26,336 nucleotides of DNA from a virus (lineage: Duplodnaviria; Caudoviricetes). The DNA is taken from IMG/VR virus record IMGVR_UViG_3300048109_000311, positions 1 to 26,336 of that record. The stretch is one strand, 5' to 3'. The position numbers and the translations under genes were made by a program. Shown piece by piece: positions 1 through 7,888 of the stretch (within the stretch, counting starts at the first letter, position 1; the number at the start of each line of letters is the position of its first letter). The notes below the pieces were generated by a model that did not search any database, was not told the origin of the DNA, and saw only the letters and a program-made list of their open reading frames with translations.

Positions 1-70
1 GCCATTACTTTAGATGTAATCGAAGCAGAATGGCAATATTTAATTAATTACTATAAATAAAAGGGAAAAA

Positions 71-538
71 ATGTACACAAATGAAGAATTAGAAAAACTT
101 ACTTTACAATGGGGTGAAGATAGAAAAATCACAACTAATGGAACACTACAAGCTCAGTTTATTAAACTAGTTGAAGAACATGGAGAATTTTTTGATTCAA
201 ATGGAGATAATGAAGAGATAAAAGATTCTATCGGTGATATGATTGTAGTATTAGTAATGATGAATGGAATATTAACAAGAAGTTTTTTAAATACAGATAG
301 TGTTTTAGGAAGGGATTATCCAGCCTCCCTATTAGGCAAAATGGCATCTACTATATCAAGAAAAAATGATGTAGATACTGCTGTAGTTATAGATGCAATG
401 TTTTCATTACTGCATAAGATAGCAGAATTTCATAATTTAACAATAAATGAATGTTGGAACTATGCTTACAATGAAATCAAAGACAGAAAAGGTTACTTAT
501 CAGAAGATGGGTGTTTTATAAAAGAAGAGGAGAAATAA
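71..538 (+). CDS. MazG-like nucleotide pyrophosphohydrolase (phage type)
   Basis: QWGEDR..., KLVEEHGE...IKDSIGDMIVVL and AYNEIKDRKG motifs of all-alpha MazG-like NTP-PPases; AAGGG RBS. Confidence 0.8.
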   Translation: MYTNEELEKLTLQWGEDRKITTNGTLQAQFIKLVEEHGEFFDSNGDNEEIKDSIGDMIVVLVMMNGILTRSFLNTDSVLGRDYPASLLGKMASTISRKNDVDTAVVIDAMFSLLHKIAEFHNLTINECWNYAYNEIKDRKGYLSEDGCFIKEEEK

Positions 539-539
539 A

Positions 540-1007
540 ATGTTAGCAAAAGTACAAGGACTATTTAGACTTACAAGGGATGCAGAGTTGCGTTATTCAA
601 ACAACGGGAGTGCGATTTTAAAATTAGGTTTAGCGTGTAGTGAAAAATTCAAAGACAAAGAAACTCAGTTATTTTTAGATGCAGTTGCATTTTCAAAACC
701 AGCTGAGATAATTAATCAATACTCAGGAGCTAAAGGAAGTCAATTATTCTTATGTGGAAAATTAGAAACCCAACAATGGGAAGATCAACAAGGACAAAAA
801 AGGTCAAAAGTAAGCATGACTATTGAATCATTTGAATTTGTAGGGTCAAGAGATAACAATCAACAGCCACAACAAAGCCAACAGCAATACAATCAAAACC
901 CACCAGTGCAATACGAGCATAACGGACAAAACCAAGGGAATTATAATCCAAGTCAAATTCCTCAGATTGACATTGATGAGGACGAAATACCTTTTAATCA
1001 AGGTTAG
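540..1007 (+). CDS. ssb: single-stranded DNA-binding protein
   Basis: RLTRDAELRY, GKLETQQWEDQQGQKRSK OB-fold motifs; Q/N-rich linker; acidic tip IDIDEDEIPF. Confidence 0.95.
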   Translation: MLAKVQGLFRLTRDAELRYSNNGSAILKLGLACSEKFKDKETQLFLDAVAFSKPAEIINQYSGAKGSQLFLCGKLETQQWEDQQGQKRSKVSMTIESFEFVGSRDNNQQPQQSQQQYNQNPPVQYEHNGQNQGNYNPSQIPQIDIDEDEIPFNQG

Positions 1008-1030
1008 ATAGCACCTTTATCCAAGCTATA

Positions 1031-1060
1031 AATATTTAGAGATTAATTTCTCTAAGTGTT
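1031..1060 (+). terminator. hairpin (probable terminator) after ssb
   Basis: AATATTTAGAGA-ttaatt-TCTCTAAGTGTT, 12-bp stem with two GU pairs; no strong U-tract. Confidence 0.5.
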
Positions 1061-1167
1061 AAACTATTTAATAAATTCTACAAATAAATGCAAATCCTAC
1101 ACTAAATTAAGCTATCTTTAAAACTAAGTATACTATAATTCTTATACAAACAAACAAAGGGGATAAG

Positions 1168-1341
1168 ATGGAAGCAAGTTTTAATTTTAATGGAGATGTT
1201 TACGGAGTTAAATCACGAACAGAGTATGGAAAAGAAATGTTTGATGATTATTTTGAAACTTTATTAAGCTTAGAAGATTTCTTATTTAGTAATGATTCTA
1301 AAGAGAATCTAGAAGTAACTCTTCTAGTAAAGGGGTGCTAA
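1168..1341 (+). CDS. small acidic hypothetical protein (57 aa; not in ORF track)
   Basis: TATAAT at ~1134, AAGGGG RBS, MEASFNFNGDVYG...LLVKGC. Confidence 0.7.
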   Translation: MEASFNFNGDVYGVKSRTEYGKEMFDDYFETLLSLEDFLFSNDSKENLEVTLLVKGC

Positions 1342-1503
1342 ATGCACCTTAAAGAATTAGAAAACGAAAATTATATAGCTATTGACAAAGATGGGACTAA
1401 GTGGAAATGCAAAAGAAAACCTTTTAATAATGGTTTAGGGAATTGGTTTGTAGAGTTGAAAGATTTTACAGAAAGTTACGAAATGTTTATGGAGAAAATA
1501 TAA
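1342..1503 (+). CDS. small hypothetical protein (53 aa; not in ORF track)
   Basis: ATG abuts the previous TAA, AAGGGG RBS, MHLKELENENYIAIDKDGTKWK... Confidence 0.65.
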   Translation: MHLKELENENYIAIDKDGTKWKCKRKPFNNGLGNWFVELKDFTESYEMFMEKI

Positions 1504-1667
1504 TGAGTATTAACAAATTGAAAGAAACAATACAAAATGAAAGTATTTTATTGGAATATCAAAAAGATTATGTTGATGACAATATCAACTCTTTTCAAAA
1601 AGACTTTGAAAAGCATATTAATTTAAAAATAAATCTTTGCGAAGCCAAAAATAAATGCAATAATTGA
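1503..1667 (+). CDS. small hypothetical protein (start moved to ATG 1503)
   Basis: TAATG coupling and GGAG RBS; the 3' end runs into a promoter repeat. Confidence 0.55.
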   Translation: MSINKLKETIQNESILLEYQKDYVDDNINSFQKDFEKHINLKINLCEAKNKCNN

Positions 1668-1672
1668 ATATA
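1631..1672 (+). promoter_or_regulatory. early promoter repeat A, copy 1
   Basis: 42 bp, 2 mismatches to 2064-2105; contains TGcAATAAT extended -10-like; followed by AAAGGATTAGA + ATG. Confidence 0.7.
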
Positions 1673-1693
1673 CAAACAAACAAAGGATTAGAG

Positions 1694-1915
1694 ATGAGAA
1701 ATAAAACAATAATAGAAATCAACAGAACGAAATACGAGTTAGAGGGGTTAAGAGATACTTATATTCCAGAATATATAAATAGGCTTACAGATAATGAAGC
1801 ATTTAAAAAAGAAATATTTGAAGTAGTAATGGAAGAGTTAAGCACAAAAGAAGATAAAAAGTATTTTAAAGATGAGTGTACAAGAATTTTAGAATTTTTA
1901 AAGGATAGAGAATGA
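1694..1915 (+). CDS. hypothetical protein (start at ATG 1694)
   Basis: AAGGA RBS upstream of 1694; charged helical protein. Confidence 0.7.
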   Translation: MRNKTIIEINRTKYELEGLRDTYIPEYINRLTDNEAFKKEIFEVVMEELSTKEDKKYFKDECTRILEFLKDRE

Positions 1916-2055
1916 AACCAACAAATAAAAATCTATCTCAATTCTTTGAGGTAGCAGAAAAAACAATCCACAACTGGAAAACAGAAAGACCAAGAGTTTA
2001 CAAAGCTTTAAAAGAGCATTACAAAAAGTTACACCCAGTTAAAAAGATTAAATAA
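1912..2055 (+). CDS. small helix-turn-helix protein (47 aa; not in ORF track)
   Basis: MKPTNKNLSQFFEVAEKTIHNWKTERPRVYKALK, an HTH pattern (L..FF.V...TI.NWK); ATGA overlap; AAGGA RBS. Confidence 0.7.
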   Translation: MKPTNKNLSQFFEVAEKTIHNWKTERPRVYKALKEHYKKLHPVKKIK

Positions 2056-2063
2056 TTTAACAA

Positions 2064-2105
2064 AAATCTTTACAAAGCCAAAAATAAATGCAATAATTGA
2101 ATATA
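2064..2105 (+). promoter_or_regulatory. early promoter repeat A, copy 2
   Basis: near-identical to 1631-1672, followed by AAAGGATTAGAATG. Confidence 0.7.
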
Positions 2106-2123
2106 TAAAAACAAAGGATTAGA

Positions 2124-2273
2124 ATGTTTGAAGAAATGGTTAAAAACTTACGAGAACAATTAGCAAGAGATTTAGAATATTACAGAAAATGGAATGTAAA
2201 AAGCCCAAATCTTGCAAGAGGTCAGAAGTTGTTAGGTTTAGATGATGAAGAACTAAAAGCAGTTAGGGGTTAA
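2124..2273 (+). CDS. small hypothetical protein (49 aa)
   Basis: AAGGA RBS; MFEEMVKNLREQLARD... Confidence 0.65.
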   Translation: MFEEMVKNLREQLARDLEYYRKWNVKSPNLARGQKLLGLDDEELKAVRG

Positions 2274-2275
2274 TT

Positions 2276-2428
2276 ATGGAAGAAATAAACGAATTATTAG
2301 AAATAATAAAGAAAGACGACAAAATTAGCAAAGATGATATTTTAGACTTAATACAAATAATGTTCGCCAGTAAAGACAATATACAGTCGCTACAAGACTT
2401 TTTAAGAGAATGGGGATACGATGAGTAA
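2276..2428 (+). CDS. small acidic hypothetical protein (50 aa)
   Basis: AGGGG RBS; MEEINELLEIIKKDD...EWGYDE. Confidence 0.65.
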   Translation: MEEINELLEIIKKDDKISKDDILDLIQIMFASKDNIQSLQDFLREWGYDE

Positions 2429-2525
2429 GCAAAGAGAATTAATGATAACTTATGTAAGTGAGGGCTGGTTTAAAACTTCGCTTACATTTGAACAGTATTC
2501 ACAATTGAGGGGTTACTTATGTTAG
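2421..2525 (+). CDS. small hypothetical protein (34 aa)
   Basis: GGGGA RBS; overlaps both neighbours; MSKQRELMITYVSEGWFK... Confidence 0.5.
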   Translation: MSKQRELMITYVSEGWFKTSLTFEQYSQLRGYLC

Positions 2526-3118
2526 ACCTTAATATACACAACGCACTAAAACATCAAAACAAGGAAAGTTTAAAGATGAAAGATATATTAGAAAAAAAGG
2601 AAATAGAGTTTATTAAAAACTTATCTCATGAAATGAAAACACAAGACACTAGATGTACAGCTCAACCTTATGCTCTAGTGATTAGAGAAGATGTGACCAG
2701 ATTAGTTCCTGATGGCTATGGGGGTGAGCTGGCGTGTTATTGGGATGAAACAGAATATTGTGAGTGGGATGATTTTATAACGGACTTAAAAGAATATTAT
2801 GAATATGGTGAGCAGTCTTTTAGTGATTGCAATATTAAAGATGAATTAGAAGAAATATTTGAAATGAATAGTTTTGATGACTTAAGAAATAGTTATGCAG
2901 AAGGTAAAATAGAAGCGAATATTCAAAATATAGTTACTGAAAAAGAAATAAAAGAATATGGTGTTAATTTTTTTCTTACAGAAAAAGCATATCACGAGCA
3001 TATTAGAATTAATGGTCACAATTTAAACAATCCTGATTCTTGCGGGATTCATTTAGGTAGGAATAAAGAAATGGAAGATTTAATTAATATCATTCATAAA
3101 TTAGCCAAGGAGCTATAA
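2519..3118 (+). CDS. ead/Ea22-like phage protein (alternative start ATG 2576)
   Basis: TQDTRCTAQP and FLTEKAYHEHIRINGHNL resemble the TQDNR.TA.P / NGHNL motifs of that family. Confidence 0.55.
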   Translation: MLDLNIHNALKHQNKESLKMKDILEKKEIEFIKNLSHEMKTQDTRCTAQPYALVIREDVTRLVPDGYGGELACYWDETEYCEWDDFITDLKEYYEYGEQSFSDCNIKDELEEIFEMNSFDDLRNSYAEGKIEANIQNIVTEKEIKEYGVNFFLTEKAYHEHIRINGHNLNNPDSCGIHLGRNKEMEDLINIIHKLAKEL

Positions 3119-3119
3119 A

Positions 3120-3857
3120 ATGGCAAGTAATGGAAAACTTAAAAAACAATTCCTGAAAGCTTTTTATAAAAATGATATTAAGACTATGGATAGATTGAAA
3201 AAGAAAAGTGTATGGTTAGTTTGGCATACACTAAGACCTCTTAAAAGAGTCAAATATAATACAGTTGGATTTAAAAAGCAATACTTAGGAAATTTTGAGT
3301 ATAAAGTAAAACGAATGAGTATACCAATATTCAAGATGCCAAAAATAATACACTCTAGTGTAAAAGCAAGAAAAGAGTTTATCATAGACTTAATCTGTAT
3401 TTCATTTGGAGAAACTACACTAAGGCTAAGCATTAAAGATGAATACAATGTTTCAGATGGTGTAAACGCTTTGCATCCAAACAAAGACAGAAAACAATTA
3501 AAAAAGATTAATGAAGCCTATGAATATTTATACAGCAAGAAGATAGATATACTTCATAGGTTATCTATTGAAGATGCAAAAACAGTTGAGCATAAAGTAA
3601 AGCAGTTAAGTAAATTGTTTGTAAGTGAAATTGGATCAACTTCTCATGTGGTTAATTTAGAACTAATGGCTATTTGCTTTTTAGACTATGGATTGACTGG
3701 GAGAAAAAGAAAAGCCAAAAGAAATACAGTTTTAGACAGTTTCTGCAAAATGGATATTTTATACAAACAAATTGGTGCTAATGTAGAAAAAGCAGGATAC
3801 ACAATAGCTAAAGAATGGGATTTAGTTAAAAGTTTTATAGATAAAGTGAGGTATTAA
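3120..3857 (+). CDS. basic hypothetical protein
   Basis: 245-aa ORF, AAGGAG RBS; no recognisable motif. Confidence 0.8.
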   Translation: MASNGKLKKQFLKAFYKNDIKTMDRLKKKSVWLVWHTLRPLKRVKYNTVGFKKQYLGNFEYKVKRMSIPIFKMPKIIHSSVKARKEFIIDLICISFGETTLRLSIKDEYNVSDGVNALHPNKDRKQLKKINEAYEYLYSKKIDILHRLSIEDAKTVEHKVKQLSKLFVSEIGSTSHVVNLELMAICFLDYGLTGRKRKAKRNTVLDSFCKMDILYKQIGANVEKAGYTIAKEWDLVKSFIDKVRY

Positions 3858-3858
3858 A

Positions 3859-4062
3859 ATGGAAAATTATGAGCAAGATATAAAATTTGGTTTAGTTTTA
3901 ATTGTTATAGCGTTAGGGATATTCTTTTTTTTAACCGGATGTTCTAAGAGTTCAATTAACAGTTATACACAGGAGTGTAGAAATGGTTACTACTACTTAG
4001 TAAGTGAAAGTAGTATGGAAATACTAGAAACTGATAAAGGGTTTAAGAAATGTCAAAACTAA
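3859..4062 (+). CDS. putative lipoprotein
   Basis: hydrophobic stretch ending in lipobox FLTG-C; GAGG RBS. Confidence 0.65.
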   Translation: MENYEQDIKFGLVLIVIALGIFFFLTGCSKSSINSYTQECRNGYYYLVSESSMEILETDKGFKKCQN

Positions 4063-4130
4063 GATTAAGTGAAAGATTAAAAGAATTGTTTGGGACAGAC
4101 TGGAACATCTAGAAGTCTTTGAATAGGAGT

Positions 4131-4547
4131 TTAATTACTCCTATAGTAATCTTTACCAAATAATCTAACACTTAGAAAAACTACCCATCTTCCTAACGCA
4201 TTAAATCCCTCAACTTTTAAAGCACCTAAATATAGCCAATCTCCGACAATTCTTTTTATTATACTATGCTTACTATAAAGTCCATCATGTAGAATTGAAG
4301 GATATATCAATTTTTTGTTATCAGGTTTTATTATCCAATGCAGTACCTTCGGGATAGATGATAAGTTAGTAATAAATACACCTGATTTATCTACTTTTTT
4401 AATCACTATTTGTTTTTTACCAGTCCAGTATATTAAATCATCCGCTAAAGAATAGTATTTAAATCCATCTCTTTCATATTCAAATATCAGTTCGGGCTTA
4501 TGTATAAATCTTGGTTTGTTTTTAAAATCTTCTTTTAAATAGTTCAT
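4131..4547 (-). CDS. DUF1353-family protein
   Basis: FITNLSSIP..W...SILHDGLY...D..YL.AL motifs; AAGGGG RBS. Confidence 0.75.
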   Translation of the reverse strand: MNYLKEDFKNKPRFIHKPELIFEYERDGFKYYSLADDLIYWTGKKQIVIKKVDKSGVFITNLSSIPKVLHWIIKPDNKKLIYPSILHDGLYSKHSIIKRIVGDWLYLGALKVEGFNALGRWVVFLSVRLFGKDYYRSN

Positions 4548-4659
4548 TTTGTCACCCCTTGTAACAGTTTGTTAATTCTTTATTTATTTTAGCAAAAAGT
4601 TATCACAAATGGAGGTTATTTTGTTATAGTTTATTAAGAAAAAGATTAAAGGATTTAAA

Positions 4660-5331
4660 GTGAAGCCAATAGTATTTAATACAGAAATGGTTGAAGCCAT
4701 TTTAGATGGTAGAAGGTCACAATTTAGAAAAGCAATTAAATTTGGAGAGTATATCTATGACATAATGAATGAAAACTGTATTGAAGTATCTAAAAATTAT
4801 TGTGATATGGATAAGGAGAATCATCCTGAGCTTAAAAAAGAAATGATAAAGCATTCAAAATATCAAGTCAATGATATCATTTATGTGAAAGAAACATTTT
4901 TAGAAGGCTATATAGAATCAGGATACGACACTCCACATGAAGATGATTATGGAATATTTAATGGTGACAATGGAGTAATTATTTACAAAGCAGACCATGT
5001 TGACAATACTTATTTTAACAATTTGGATGCAGAAGATAGAGAAGATAGACCAACTTGGAAACCATCTATCCATATGCCAAAAGAATACTCTCGTATCTTC
5101 TTAAAAGTTAATAATGTAAGAGTTGAGAGATTAAGAGATATAACATATGAAGACAAGATAAAAGAAGGAATTTTATGTGATGGAGAGATTGGTACTCGGA
5201 GTCATATAGATGATGTTGAAGAATCTTGGTATAACCTTTGGAACAAAACAGCAAAACAAGGCTACAAATGGGAAGACAACCCTTATGTATTTGTATATGA
5301 ATTTGAAATTGCCAAAAAATCTATTAAATAA
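4660..5331 (+). CDS. conserved phage ASCH/PUA-like protein
   Basis: KPIVFNTEMVEAILDGR, WKPSIHMPK..SRIFL.V..VRVERL.DIT, WEDNPYVFVYEF. Confidence 0.75.
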   Translation: MKPIVFNTEMVEAILDGRRSQFRKAIKFGEYIYDIMNENCIEVSKNYCDMDKENHPELKKEMIKHSKYQVNDIIYVKETFLEGYIESGYDTPHEDDYGIFNGDNGVIIYKADHVDNTYFNNLDAEDREDRPTWKPSIHMPKEYSRIFLKVNNVRVERLRDITYEDKIKEGILCDGEIGTRSHIDDVEESWYNLWNKTAKQGYKWEDNPYVFVYEFEIAKKSIK

Positions 5332-5365
5332 TTTAACATTTTAAGTAAAAACATTAAATATTTTG
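5317..5365 (+). repeat. early promoter repeat B, copy 1
   Basis: 49 bp, 2 mismatches to 5979-6027; followed by TATAGT (5367-5372). Confidence 0.8.
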
Positions 5366-5394
5366 GTATAGTTTATTAAGAAAAAGGATTAGAA

Positions 5395-6006
5395 ATGGAA
5401 AAAGAATATTATAGAATATGCTTAAGACATATGGGTTGGAATGATAATTGTTTCTTATTTTGGGGAGAAAATTCATTAGGATATTCAAGAGCTATTGAGA
5501 GCATAGGGACATACGAAGAAAATGAAACAAGTAAAGACGACCCTGTTGTGCCTAAAGAAGTTGTGGAAAAATATAAACAAAAAGTTAGACTACCTATTTA
5601 TGGGGAGAAAGTAGAAAAGTATGGAGGGCTTAATGAATTTTATGTTTTGCCAAATACGGGACAAGTTAGAAAGGCTTTAGGTATTACAACTTTAGATATT
5701 CGTTTAGAAGGAAATAGAAATAGTTTTGATGCTTATTTTAAAAATGAGATTATAGAGCAGTTCAAGCAAGTAAAAAGTAAAACGCACTTTCATGTTAAAG
5801 CTAAAAATCATGTATTAGAATTTTGGTATTTAGATGGGGAGTTTGAAGCAGAAAATAGAAACCAAGCAATACTAAAAGCTTTTAATGAGTGGATGCCTTA
5901 TGAGTATGATAATTATATTGAATTTAAAAAAGATGTGACTTGTTCAAGAGTTAAAACTACCGTTTTTGATAAATGGGTAAATCTATTAAATAATTTAACA
6001 ATTTAA
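5395..6006 (+). CDS. hypothetical protein flanked by repeat B
   Basis: 203-aa ORF with its own promoter and AAGGA RBS. Confidence 0.8.
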   Translation: MEKEYYRICLRHMGWNDNCFLFWGENSLGYSRAIESIGTYEENETSKDDPVVPKEVVEKYKQKVRLPIYGEKVEKYGGLNEFYVLPNTGQVRKALGITTLDIRLEGNRNSFDAYFKNEIIEQFKQVKSKTHFHVKAKNHVLEFWYLDGEFEAENRNQAILKAFNEWMPYEYDNYIEFKKDVTCSRVKTTVFDKWVNLLNNLTI

Positions 6007-6027
6007 GTAAAAAGATTAAATATTTTG
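5979..6027 (+). repeat. early promoter repeat B, copy 2
   Basis: matches 5317-5365; followed by TATAAT (6029-6034). Confidence 0.8.
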
Positions 6028-6070
6028 ATATAATAGTGTATGTGAAAAAATAAACTATAGGAGCAGAAGA

Positions 6071-6237
6071 TTGAAAAAAACAAAACTGTAAAACCAACTA
6101 ATAAAAATCTTGCGGAACTCTTTAACACATCTTCTGTAAGTATTAGTAGTTATAGAAATTCTAAAGATGAAGGTATTAGAAATAGATATCTAGCATTTAA
6201 AGAGTTTTTTGAAAAGCAAAAGGGAAGCAATGAATAA
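6071..6237 (+). pseudogene. HTH paralogue of 1912..2055 with start out of frame (A7 tract)
   Basis: frame 6061-6237 encodes KPTNKNLAELFNTSSVSISSYR; AGGAG RBS + TTG 6071 is one base out of frame. Confidence 0.5.
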
Positions 6238-6457
6238 TATTACATTTAGTCAAGAAGATGTAGATTTTATGAAAAAAGTATTTAATCATTTAGAATCAGA
6301 TAATAAGAAGCTACAAGCTGAAAACGATGATTTAAGGTTAGAGAATATGGAACTAAAAGCAAGTTTAGAGCCTAAACCAATAGATAAAGAAATTGATTTG
6401 TCGGGTTTTCGTGCAATGTTTTTAGGGAAAAACGATTTAATAGAGGAAGTAAATTAA
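6230..6457 (+). CDS. coiled-coil hypothetical protein (start ATG 6230)
   Basis: AAGGG RBS; heptad KKLQAENDDLRLENMELKA. Confidence 0.7.
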   Translation: MNNITFSQEDVDFMKKVFNHLESDNKKLQAENDDLRLENMELKASLEPKPIDKEIDLSGFRAMFLGKNDLIEEVN

Positions 6458-6645
6458 TGCATTTAATTTTAGAAGAAAAAAAAGAAGTTGTAGTTATCCC
6501 GGTAAGTGGAATTGAGCTAAGATTAGAAAACGGTTTACCAGCAGATGAAATATCAAAAGCTATTTTCCCATTTATTGAAGCACAGTTAAATCCAGTTGAA
6601 ACAGAAGAAGAGTTAGACGACATCATAAACGAGTACGAAGGTTAA
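6457..6645 (+). CDS. acidic hypothetical protein
   Basis: TAATG coupling, GAGG RBS. Confidence 0.7.
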   Translation: MHLILEEKKEVVVIPVSGIELRLENGLPADEISKAIFPFIEAQLNPVETEEELDDIINEYEG

Positions 6646-6765
6646 TTAATCGGCATAGATATACTTGTAAGTCCGATTTACTAACCCACCCATCTAGTTT
6701 AACTTTGATTTATCCTACACCTTAAACACTACAGGGGGTAGGAGTAAGTTAAAAAAAGGATTAGA

Positions 6766-6936
6766 ATGGCAAAGTTAAAAATTGAAATAAATATGAATTC
6801 TCTTATAAGAAAAGGCAAGTATCTGCAAATTAAGAAGAATAGAAAAGGTAAAAGAGTGACAAGAAGTTATCTGAAGCACTTTTTTAAAAGTAGATTGACT
6901 AGAACAAAGATATCAAGAAGGATTAGAAAATGTTAG
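6766..6936 (+). CDS. very basic K/R-rich small protein (56 aa; not in ORF track)
   Basis: AAGGATTAGAATG start context; MAKLKIEINMNSLIRKGK...SRRIRKC. Confidence 0.6.
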   Translation: MAKLKIEINMNSLIRKGKYLQIKKNRKGKRVTRSYLKHFFKSRLTRTKISRRIRKC

Positions 6937-7037
6937 AAATACTTAAAATAGTAACAATGGTTTTTATAATAATCGGTTCAATAGGTTCACTTATTGCATA
7001 CAGAGCAATTAAAAGAGTTGAAAGGGACAACAAATGA
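6930..7037 (+). CDS. single-TM membrane peptide (35 aa)
   Basis: AAGGATTAGAAAATG; MLEILKIVTMVFIIIGSIGSLIAYRAIKRVERDNK; ATGA overlap with the next gene. Confidence 0.6.
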   Translation: MLEILKIVTMVFIIIGSIGSLIAYRAIKRVERDNK

Positions 7038-7312
7038 AAAAGATTATATTAATAGGATTATTAGCATTATACGCAAAAGCTGATTTAATTGATGGGGATA
7101 TGTGTAATTACTGGTCTAACAAAGTAAAAGATGAAAACACAAGACTTCAAAAAGCATCTAAACATAATATTAGATCACAAATGATTACAAGTATTAGAAT
7201 GGTTAGGTATTATCTTGATAAAATGATTATAGAGTGTCCTGAGGATAGTAGTTATTATAAAATAGCTGTAAGAACTAAGAAAGCTATGAAAGAAGCAAGT
7301 AAAAATGACTAA
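7034..7312 (+). CDS. putative exported protein
   Basis: signal peptide MKKIILIGLLALYAKA-D; two Cys. Confidence 0.7.
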   Translation: MKKIILIGLLALYAKADLIDGDMCNYWSNKVKDENTRLQKASKHNIRSQMITSIRMVRYYLDKMIIECPEDSSYYKIAVRTKKAMKEASKND

Positions 7313-7685
7313 TGTTAATAATGTAAAAGAAATAGACTTGCAGGTAACTGGAACACGATTAGCATTTTGCTATGGTTCTAAAGCATATAGAAAATATATG
7401 GAAGAACAGTTTGGCTTAGAATCAGAAATAACAGCAAGTGGGCACACTCAGGTAGTTACAAATAATAATACTGGTGCATTTAGGTTAGTTATATGTGTAA
7501 AGAAGATAAAAGATATTTATGAGCTTAAAGGTTTAGTTGTTCATGAGTTAAATCATGTAGTAACAGAGTGGTTTAACCATTTCGGCTTTAATTGCGATGA
7601 ATTGAGAAGTTATACATTGCAATATTTATATCAAGAAATAATGGTGTCTTTAGATAAAAAACTAGAGAAGAAAGCAAGTAAATAA
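7305..7685 (+). CDS. HExxH zincin-like phage protein
   Basis: LVVHELNHVV followed by DELRSY. Confidence 0.6.
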   Translation: MTNVNNVKEIDLQVTGTRLAFCYGSKAYRKYMEEQFGLESEITASGHTQVVTNNNTGAFRLVICVKKIKDIYELKGLVVHELNHVVTEWFNHFGFNCDELRSYTLQYLYQEIMVSLDKKLEKKASK

Positions 7686-7888
7686 AATTTTGGTACTATA
7701 GCACATAGCCAAACAAATTAACAATCTGCAGAAGCCTATTATGGGTTGTCTTACGCTTAATTTTATCTAAATTTAAGTTTCCAGTGAAACAACAGTGAAG
7801 CAATGACAGTATTAAGCATATTAGAAAAAGGTTTATATTTAGTAATGTTATTTAGTGTGATAGTTTATTTAAGTAAAGGGGTTTATTA

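Noticed and set aside
1443-1502. TTG-started N-terminal extension of ORF 1443..1667
   Set aside because: Overlaps the better-supported 1342..1503 ORF; ATG 1503 has a GGAG RBS and TAATG coupling.
3164-3484. Minus-strand ORF (likewise 6372-6626, 9651-9875, 10649-10894, 12220-12486, 13523-13819)
   Set aside because: Antisense shadows of well-supported plus-strand genes; no RBS or promoter noted.
4050-4112. 20-aa ORF MSKLRLSERLKELFGTDWNI
   Set aside because: Plausible AAGGG RBS but too short to support.
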